The notes below the pieces were generated by a model, which worked only from the letters and a program-made list of their open reading frames with translations, was not told where the DNA came from and did not search any database. Positions 54,401 through 64,000 of a stretch of 64,000 bases of DNA are shown one piece after another. Made by a program: the position numbers and the translations under genes. Source of the stretch: Dimorphilus gyrociliatus (lineage: Eukaryota > Animalia > Annelida); assembly GCA_904063045.1 (NCBI GenBank), contig CAJFCJ010000026.1:722964-786963 (forward strand), read 5' to 3'. Each line of letters begins with the position of its first letter. Position 1 is the first letter of the stretch.

Positions 54401-54839
54401 AAGGACCTAGATGATAAAAACTCCATCTTCCAGATAAATAATATAAACTGTTTGTTTGTGGGCTGCTTTTGTATTTCAAATATATTTTGGTCTTGATAAA
54501 ACAATAACCCGTGGCAATGTTGTATGAATATCCAGAACAAAATGAATTTTTACGACACCATACAGTACAATCTCTATATGACAATATTACGTCCGGTTTC
54601 TGATCATGTTTATGAGATACGTATTCTATAAGTTTAACACCTCGGTAAACTTGACAAACAAACAAACAATTAAGAAAAATTATGCTTTTTTTTCAATAGA
54701 AGAGAAGATATATATACTTACATTTTTCGCAACTTGCTCCGTAAAAGTATTCTTCACAGGCTTGCATTGCAAAAGCCAAAGAAGAGGAGAGAAATACATA
54801 TAAAAGTATATTAGTTAAGCAATAAAAGAACCGAATCAT
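51421..54839 (-). CDS. Secreted mosaic protein: N-terminal PAN, several F-type-lectin/discoidin modules, C-terminal PAN; multi-exon
   Basis: Signal exon 54839-54722; NIAFLK..HAVDG, NLALNMP..FAVDG, LCEISVY and ICELKVYG FTP motifs; NCAKLCFDQRDCRSFSF PAN motif. Confidence 0.75.
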
Positions 54840-55993
54840 AATGCTTCTTTATTCAACTAAAACAAACTATATATATACTGTATATAATCGGTATGTCAAA
54901 AAGACTATATTTTCAATGAAGAGGATAATTCTAATAGAATTCTAAGCATAGTTTGTTGTTGAGCTATCGTCTGTTTATGAATTATTTTTCATTTCACAGT
55001 ATTCATAAATATTCAGGATGATTGAAGTTTGCAGTTGATCACAATAGAAGAATTGTGCCTTTATTGAAATATTGTAAAATGCATAGCAATTGACTATTTC
55101 TTCATAAAATGTTGATTCAATAATAGTTTCGTAATATGTTTCTATATATATATATATGAATGACATAGAAATAATTAATTAGTTAATTAATATATGTATA
55201 TTGATATACTAATAGAATCAATTGAGATTCAAATAGTCAAGGATAGATGAATGTTTTTGCAACCTGTAACAACAATAGACTTTCTTTTTTGCTTTAAAAG
55301 AAATAGAAATGTTTTTTAAAACGACACAAAGATAATATTGTCTCTTTCTCTCCCTCTCTCTCTCTCTCTCGAAATGAAACGAATCGGAGTATGAGAAAAC
55401 GATTGATATCCATTAAAACTAATTTATTCCATTCATTAAGAAAGTTACGATCCATTGAAAATTCTTATTGTTCTATTAAAATATAGGCTTTTAGTTTAAT
55501 TTGTTACAGGACAATGGAAAATATATTAAAAGTACAAAAAACTATTCGTAAAGTCGTTACGCTAAGAAATAATTATTTATATTGTTACAAACTGATCCTG
55601 ACTAATAAAAATCGTATGATTTATAAGGGTTTTTAGTATCGTATGAATAATTTCTATTTGGAATAAATAGAACAAAATGGCGGCCATTTATTAAAATCAA
55701 AAATTAAGATTATTTGTCTTTTAAATTCGTTAATATGATTATATATATACTCTGTGCAATTGGTTGATTATTATTCTTTTTACATATTTAACTTTTTATA
55801 ATGGACTATTATTTTGTACTAAAGTGCATAATATCTAATGATTCTAGATTGATTGAATGTAATTTCGTCATTTCCTATAAATTTCATTTATAGTTTAATC
55901 TTTATTAGCGAATAAACACAATAATATATATCGAAAAATACTTTCGCTTTATCACTTCTTTGTCCTCCATTTTGAAAAATATTCTTTGAAATT

Positions 55994-56910
55994 ATGAAAA
56001 TCGTTCTTGTTCTTTTCGTCGCTCTGTTTGGTCTTTGCAAAGGTAAAAGTAAACATTCTTTTAAAAACTCTTCACTTTTAAAGGTTTTCTAATAAAACAG
56101 GATCTTATGATTTTCCCTTTCCAAGAAGTAGTAGCGGCTGCAACGATCTGGGATTGGTTGATCAAATTGTGAACACTTGGAAGGAGAATTCTAAAATATT
56201 AAGATTTTTCACAAACTTATACGACTCAATTTCAATATATATAGATATATATAGACCAATGGCGGAACGTCTTGTTTGTCAATTAGCTGATGCCAAATCA
56301 GAGAGAGAGTTTAACCAAGTAATAACAAATACATTCGGTATCGATGGTTATACTTTAGCGGTCTACGAGGACATCTTTTTTCAAAATCTTAGGCCTATCA
56401 GGGAATATGAAGAATCCTTGTCGGCATGGACAGATCTATTAGAATTCTTAGAGAAACATTGGAAAGGTAAATTTCCCATTGATGCTGATTTTATCGAAGT
56501 GAAAAGTTTCCTCGAAAAAATGAATGAAAAATATGGAAATCATTGGCTAGCCCTACTGATCCCTGCTGAAAATGTTGCTGACTACTACTCAATAGCCCTA
56601 TTTGAGATAAACAATGACGAAATTGACAAATTAGCAATTTTGATAAGTGGTAAATCAATAATATACCGTTTTAAAATATATCATAATCCCTGTATTAAAA
56701 CTTTTTATTTTTTCAGAGGCGACATCTGTTGCTGAATTTGCAGAGCAATTGCAACTTCCATCCTATGAAACGAGACATGTCGTCGATTACTTCAATATGA
56801 TATTAACAAATAAATATCCAGCTGATTGGAGAATCTTTGTTAAACTATTTAAAGAGATAATTAATATTCTTAAAATATCCAAAAAACTAGGCTTCCTCGA
56901 TATCTTTTAG
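55994..56910 (+). CDS. Secreted helical protein H3; exons 55994-56042, 56101-56650, 56718-56910
   Basis: Signal peptide, phase-1 introns, paralogue of H4. Confidence 0.8.
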
Positions 56911-57224
56911 ACTTTTTATAATCTCCAATAAATGATTAGCTCTGGCAAATATACAAATTTATAATAAATAAATAAATAAATAAAAACGACAAAATCTTCC
57001 ATTATCGCTCAAATACGCAAAAAATAACTTTTTTTTAATTTAATAAAGAATATATATAAGATGTATTTTCTTTTTTTTTTTATATAAAAAAAAGATAATC
57101 TTTAATAGAAAGAAAGTAATGAAAATCTATTTATAAAGATAATCTTTTATCAATTAATTAAGTACAAAAGGTGACATTGTTGGTTTATAAAGGAAACGCT
57201 TTCTTTATAGCGTTTCCATCGAAG

Positions 57225-58241
57225 ATGAAGTACTTAAACATTACTTCAAGTTGGGAAGATATATCGCTATCCGGAGGAGATATTGTACTTGTATTGACAT
57301 GGATTACCGAGTTGATTTCAGTTATATTTGGAACGTTCGGAAATCTTCTAATAGTACTTTCCGTTCTAAGTCAAAAGTCTTTGTGGTCAGCCGCTAATAT
57401 GTTAGTTGTACAATTGGCTATTTTCGATTTTGGCATATCGTCTGCAGTACAGTTTACATCCTTAGTTGGAATGTTTTGGAGAGGTGAACAGCTCTTCCTC
57501 CACAATCCATGGAAACAAATATGTAATCTATTTGGAGCGGTTTGCGCATTCTGCTGTTTAGCAAGTCCGTCAATGTTGGCTATAATATCATTCAATAGGT
57601 TCGATAGCAGTGGGTATACTATAAATAGAAGCTAATTCTTAATTCTTTACTCCTATATTAGGTGGTTGTGTATAGTGAAACCTCATCTTTACTATCGCAT
57701 ATTCAATAGGACTGGAACCATACTTGCTATAATTCTCGTATGGATTCTGGGAGAAAGTCATCAAGTATTACATCAGGCCGGACTTGTTGATATTAAATAC
57801 GATACTACAAGATCGTTATGTTTATTTGATGAACATTTAAAAATTGAATTTATTTGGGTTGCTATGGGTATCTATGTTCCCATTTTAGTTGTTATTGCCT
57901 TCAATATCTCTATATTTCTTCATGTTCGTTCAGTAAAGAATGTTCTAAGAACAATATCTTCAACTCAAAATCATCGTTTTCATAAAAAGGACGAAATTCA
58001 ATTAGCAAAGATGCTTTTTATTGTTTCGTCAATACTTTTCGTATGTCTCGTTCCCTATACGTGTATTTACTTTGATAGTAATCGAATTTTACCGAGATCT
58101 TATTATACTATGTCTACTGCACTGTACCACTTAAATAGTAGCCTCAATCCTATATTATACGCAGCCCATGATAGATTTCGTAACGCATATAAAGTGTTTT
58201 TTATCAAATTATTTCTGTTTTTTAGACGAAAAATAAAGTAA
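57225..58241 (+). CDS. Class A GPCR, melatonin-receptor/Tre1-moody-like; intron 57599-57661
   Basis: Seven TM segments, GTFGN (TM1), LAIFD (TM2), NRW in place of DRY, CLVP, LNSSLNPILY. Confidence 0.9.
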
Positions 58242-58307
58242 AAAAAAAAAGAGAATATCTTCTCTCTCTCTCTCTTTCTTTCTTTCTCTTTCTTTCTCTT
58301 TCAGATT

Positions 58308-59235
58308 TTAAAAAATATTAAAAAGTCCAAGTTCCTTCAATATCTTTAGAACATCGATAGCATCGCTGCAGAATTTAACGGCGCTTCTCCAATCCATCGG
58401 CTCTCCTCTTACGATTATACCAGTAAGGACGTTGAAGAACTCTTCCGCTTCGTACTTTGGAAGTCCTAATTGTCTTGCTATTTCGCCGGCAGATTTCGCT
58501 TCTAAACAAACAATATATAAAGGTATTATTATTAAATATTATCGAATTATATCTAATAGTTTAACATCAATTTACCGGTTAGTAACATTGCTAAATCGTC
58601 AATCTCCTTTTCCTTTATCTCAAGTAGGGCTAATGTATAATAGTTTGAGAATTGTCCTGTAGGATCCAGTAAGGCTAGCCAATGACTTCCGTATTTTTCA
58701 TTCATTTTCTCAAGGAAACTTTTCACTTCAATAAAATCGGCGTCAATAGGAAATTTACCTTTCCAATGTTTCTCTAAGAATTCAAATAGATCTATTGAAA
58801 TCTTTAAAGATTCTTCATATTCCGCCATAGGCCTAAGATTTTGAAAAAAGATCTCCTCGTAGACCGCTAAAGTATAACCATCGATACCGAATGTATTTGT
58901 TATTACTTGGTTAAACTCTTTCTCTGATGTCGTTTCAATTAATTGACAAACAACATGTTCGACCATTGGTCTTATAGTCATAATTTGCATAGAAATTAAA
59001 TCGTAATGGGGAACTGTAGTTCTAAATAATTTAGGATTTCCGCTCCAAATCTCAAAAAGTTTGTCAACTAAACCTTTATCATCGCAAGTTTGTCTCTTTT
59101 GAAACGGGAATGAAGGTTTTCCTGTATTAATATTTGAAAAAAACCATTATAAAAGGTACTATTTTAGAATGAAATCTTTTGATATTTACCATTACAAAGA
59201 CTGAAGAGAGCGATAAAAAGTAATACACTTTTCAT
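58308..59235 (-). CDS. Secreted helical protein H4, inverted paralogue of H3; 3 exons
   Basis: Same exon structure; FNQVITNTFGIDGYTLAVYE and FLEKHWKGKFPIDADFIEVKSFLEKMNEKYG are shared with H3. Confidence 0.8.
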
Positions 59236-59300
59236 AACTTTAAGTTTGCCTTTAACGCAATAAAACTGTTGACAAACTGAAAAATATCCTATATTTATAT

Positions 59301-59337
<37 letters not shown>

Positions 59338-59757
59338 AGCAAATTATCCAAAAAATTTGAAGGAAATAACCTAATTAAGCTCAATTGACCGCAAGGCGTA
59401 ATTCACTTTTAGCATCGTTATGACAAACTATAGAATAGTTTAATATATCCAATAATGGAAAAAAAATGTCCCTATTAACTCTTTATCTACCATATTATTT
59501 TGATTACTAGGAATTAAACATTAATTACTAACTGGTAGAGATTAATTGTTGTTTTAAAGGCTTTACTATCAATTATATAATTTAGATATTGACAAACAGG
59601 AAAAAAGTTTGTTGACAAAATTTCTTATATTTTATATTTTAGAAACGACTTTTCTCATTATTATATCGAAAATTTCTCAAGTTGATTAGAGAATGATGAT
59701 CAGAAGAGAATTTCAATTTAGTTTAAAGAACTTGTAGTATCCGTTATTAAATATTCT

Positions 59758-61917
59758 TTAAGGATATACATGACAAACTTCAATATCATGTATAGCGCCT
59801 TGTCGTCCAATCAGAATGGTAAAAAATATTCGCTTAACAAATTGAAAAGATGGATTACATTGAAATTTATAAGTGTTCAACTGGTCAATAGATTCCATAG
59901 TGTCGTTTAATGGACAATAGGTCTTTATCATATCGTCACTTTCATAATGAAATGTGACATTAATATAGTCATTTAAAGTATGACGATGTTTTAAAGTTAT
60001 TGTAGGATTGGACTGATTGAAAATATTAAAAGATTTTGTAGAGAGAAGACGCTCTTGAATAGTCAATTCTCTTCTTCCTATAACTGCACAAGTTTCGTAC
60101 AGATGATCAACAAGAGCATGGCTAAGAGACGGGCAAAGCGTATCATTTTCGAAGCTGATCACTCTTCCATCTGTAAGCGTGAAAAATAATGATAAGAACA
60201 GGGAGATTTGCAGTAGGGAATGGACTAAAGATTAAACCTGTATCATAAACACGGAATAGTTGAGTAGAACTATGAAAATTATTAAGAATATTAATCCCAG
60301 AAATGACGAATTGATGATTAAGATAAAGATTAAATAGAGAATTAAAATGATATTGAATTCCAGTCCCAATTGAAATTTTCCCATCTGAAAAATCAATCCA
60401 TAAATCATTCCAAACCTTACAATTCCATCTGTTTTCATTGTGAATAGGAATATCTTTATAATTGCCCGTTTCCAATACAATTACTTGTTGATTGTCGATT
60501 GTGGAAGATAAACGCATAGTAAGAACTCTTTCACCATCTTCATTTAGAAGCGTTACAATAGAATTCCTACAGTAAATATCATCTCTTTTATCGAAGATAC
60601 CAAAGCTAATCGCTGTCGATTTAATTGGTAAATAAAAGTTGGCGCTATCCTCAGCTTCTATTCCAAACTTCCTGTTCGGTTTTACTAGAATAATACAGTA
60701 CATTATGTACACACTGTATATATACAGTATTGTAATTAGGACAATTCTTTGGACACTTACATTGTGCAAAAACCTCAACAATTGATAATCCATTGTCGAA
60801 TTTGTAATAGAATTGTGTAAACGTTAATCTTACAGAACCTTCTATATTCTTTCCTCCGTAATACAAACAAACTCGACCACTATACGGTAAAGCAAGTTGC
60901 TGAATGCTTCCGGAACTCCAAGTGATAGATAAGCCTTTTGCTGTTCGCTGCATAGCGTAGCTGTTAAAGAAAAGAAAAACAACGATAAACATCCTAATTG
61001 ATTGATTGGTTGATTGATCCATACCGATTTGCGGTACAAAGTTTCATTGGTCGTATCTTATATGGAAATGTAACAAGTATATTATGACCGTAACAATTAC
61101 CCTGTCGACAATATACAGCCCAACCATAAAGCTGACTATTGATTTTATGAAAATAGTCTAAAGCATAAATGCATTTCCATTTAGAATTGTATTCATGAGA
61201 AGCTTGACAAGTTGCACCAATAAACCTATTAGCAACATTCGTATAGTATAAATCATTATTATCTTGGCCATTATCAATTGATTCTGAAATGATAGTTATG
61301 CTTTTGAATACAATCAATCTAAAACAACTAGTTATACCGTCGTATGCATAGGCTATAATACTACTTAATCCTACGTTTAAATAAGTAGAAGCTTGTAAAA
61401 CTTGAACTGTTATCCAATCTGAATGTTTTCCAACGTTATGATTGAGTAGAATACAACTATCGGGTATTCCTCTTTCAAAGTATACTTTAGCACTTGTTCC
61501 CTTACTAAATTGAACAATAGCAACGTCTATATGATAGATAGAGTCAACGAATCTTTGACTTAGGCATATTTCAGTAATATCGTAAGATTTTGAAAAGTCT
61601 ATCCGAATATATTTGGACGTACAAGTTTCTTTATTTGTACAAGAACTAGCCCATTCTGTTGATGATTCCCATAAAGGTTTCATTGCATTTTCGCACAAAG
61701 TATGTTCGTTAAACGACGAGTTTGTCGTACAAGATGAACCATACTTTTCACTTACAATATTTATAAGATTACCACCTGAAATTGTTAAAAAACAACAACA
61801 ACAAGAGATTTATAGGAAATTCACTGATAATCCTAATCGTTTACCTCTTTGATATGGAAAAATTGATGATATCTTGATAGAGATAATTAGATATAGTTTG
61901 AAAATTGCTATTATCAT
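59758..61917 (-). CDS. Secreted mosaic protein: two F5/8-type-C-like domains, a FAMeT (Methyltransf_FA)-like domain and a C-terminal beta domain; multi-exon
   Basis: Signal exon 61917-61845; YIRIDFSKSYDITEICLSQR; CKVWNDLWIDFSDGKISIGTG resembles the FAMeT motif. Confidence 0.65.
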
Positions 61918-62752
61918 TCTCCTTTGGATAAACTATACGAAACGACTGATCTCTTCAGTATTCTAGTTAATATTTCACAGTTGAAACCAGCGAATATTAT
62001 ATTCAACAGCATTTCTTATTTATATATACAGTCAATAGGCCAATAGTTGAATTATTTAGATATGCATACTAAGAATTAGATTGACCTTCTGGAATCTAGC
62101 TATTCTCCTTGGATATTTTTTTAAATATTTAAACTAAGTGTCTCTTTCTCTTCTGCTTCTTCACGATACTTTCAATTAACTTTCAAGAGAAATAGACCTG
62201 CTTACGGTTCTCGTTGTAGAGATGTACTGTTCCTCAGTTCTTTCTGCTTGAATCTCTGACAATAGGACAATTCAAAGATAACACTTTTATACAATAAACA
62301 TAATTAGAACCTTTAATTGAATTTGTTCTTTTTTTCAACTTTTCTCGACTCAATCGAATTTTAGAAAGGAGAAAAAGTGCTTATTACACTATATAGCATT
62401 TACATTCATGCGATTTTCTTTGACGATGGCTGTAGGTGAACAAGAGCATGGATTTGAAGAGAAAGTCTGCTCAATCATCCTGTAATTAATAATGATATTA
62501 TCTAGGCATAAATCAATTGGAAAGTTCAATTTCTACAGTCTAATACAATGAGAAGATTATGGGGAAAATCTTTCCAAAAGAGAAGATGACTCGAAGAAGA
62601 AGAAAAGAAATGAGAGAGAGAGATTTTGAATATAGTCCAACTAAAAAAAATGACAAGGATTAAATGATCTGAACAAAGCAAACTGTTGAAAATGGAATTG
62701 TTGTATAGCATCTAGTAATAAACAAGACAATTGTTGCTATTTGAAATCAACG

Positions 62753-63340
62753 TTAATCCTTGACACTTTCATCAATGAACAGTAGGCCTTCTTCATTTTC
62801 AACGTCAGGCTCGGTGTTGTGTGGTTGAAGCTTTTTCGTTGTATAACAAAGCTTCATCTTATCGCATGTATGATTGTGTTCCTTCCGTAGATTCGTAACG
62901 ACAAGGAAATTTCCAGTCGAGCCGGCAAACAGAGTAAATCCAGCCTTGCAGTCGGTTTTTCTTGTCCTGCGTTTGTTGAAAAGAGTATATAAAATAAATA
63001 GGAAGAAGAAGAAGAAGAAGAAGAAGAGTAGCACCTTTGTTTACGGATTCCTCTGCCTTTACTTTCGTAGGATCCCCACCTCTCGCACCGATATTTCACA
63101 TAGGAATATTTAATGTCATCCCTGAAGATATTGGAACAAAGATGAAAGCAATGAATAGTGAATTATAGTGATTATTGATACTTGAAATGTCTTAATGGCG
63201 CTTTCTTCCTGCCCCTTTCAAGGGTTGTAGAGTCAACGACGACGAAATGGCATTTTCCCTCCTTTTCGTATGAACTCAATGCAGAGAGAAAAGATTGAAA
63301 CGACGAATATTTGCTGCCTTCGTTAAGTTCTTCGTCCACT
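62753..63340 (-). CDS. ZSWIM3-N/FAR1-like (Mutator transposase DNA-binding) domain gene, spliced, ends uncertain
   Basis: Spliced reading FQSFLSALSSYE..KYSYVKYRCERWG..SKGRGIRKQR-TRKTDCKAGFTL..LVV..EHNHTC. Confidence 0.65.
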
Positions 63341-64000
63341 TCAAATATTCAAATATGAAAGAAAAATGAAAACATTTCAATATTTGAAAAACCGTCTCTG
63401 CCGGATGTTGTTTTTTTATTGTTAAATATAATTAAACATTCCTACTACAACGGCCATTATTAATCTATTCAATGTTATCCTATATTCATTTCAATTTAAA
63501 ACAAACTTTTCAATGGTTTTCTCCTACAAAATTCGCAATTTCACAATATCTCAGCTTCCAACTGACAGCCAGGGAAACGTTTCCTCCCGCCAATGTTGAA
63601 ACAACTACTTCCGGTTTCTCTCTGTAAAGTATAAAATACATTTAATAGATGACGATAAAACGACTAAACAACAAAAATCGCGTTCAGATTGCCTAGCTTC
63701 TCTCTTTTCTGAGAGTAAAAAGAACTTTTCTTAAAGCAAATTAATTACTTCTTTGAGAAGTTATCGGGTACCAGATTATAGAAATATAATTTCCGGTATA
63801 TGAGTCCATGGTACCGTACTGTACCACCGCCCAGTCAGTTTGGTTCTGACCAGACCCCCTGTTGTGCAGCAGGTTGAAATTTGCATGAATTTTTCTGTTT
63901 CCGAGAACTTTAAGTACTGATTTGCAAGCAACTCTTCTTTAAAATATGCTACGAGACTGTTGACTTTATGGTATGTGTTACCAACTTTTTTTTTCCAGCT

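Noticed and set aside
20080-58300. (AG/CT)n tracts as GAGA or MSL-type elements
   Set aside because: Most sit in introns as polypyrimidine tracts or are ordinary microsatellites
29738-61852. Many short ORF-track entries antisense to real genes (e.g. 29738, 32195, 32495, 42974, 50673, 57371, 61613)
   Set aside because: Shadow ORFs of coding exons with no independent support
62640-62690. LCSDH THAP-like motif
   Set aside because: Needs a frameshift and lacks the other THAP residues
1-64000. CRISPR array, rRNA or prokaryotic operons
   Set aside because: None seen; the DNA is intron-containing and eukaryotic, with no repeat-spacer array

Overview
AT-rich (roughly 28-30% GC by eye) eukaryotic nuclear DNA, gene-dense, with mostly 45-90 bp GT-AG introns. 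This fits a compact invertebrate genome, tentatively a lophotrochozoan such as Dimorphilus (inference only). Most genes encode secreted or surface proteins: four Ly6/three-finger genes, five paralogues of a multi-module F-type-lectin/discoidin-like family (three disrupted), PAN/FTP and discoidin/FAMeT mosaics, four helical secreted proteins in two inverted pairs, and a 31-aa-repeat precursor. Also present are a 7-exon 2850-aa polycystin-1-like gene, an SLC16-like transporter, a class A GPCR, THAP and ZSWIM3/FAR1-like genes, three identical tRNA-Cys(GCA) genes and a nest of decayed transposons at 10.5-17 kb. The most unusual features are: (i) a ~1.5 kb inverted repeat whose inner ends are TATA promoters pointing into two apparently spliced, hairpin-rich, largely non-coding transcripts that bracket a lectin-like gene, with a third diverged promoter copy at 29 kb; (ii) strong over-representation of the octamer TGACAAAC; (iii) an array of CCAAT boxes mostly phased at 32 bp. 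All gene models were spliced by hand and need RNA support.
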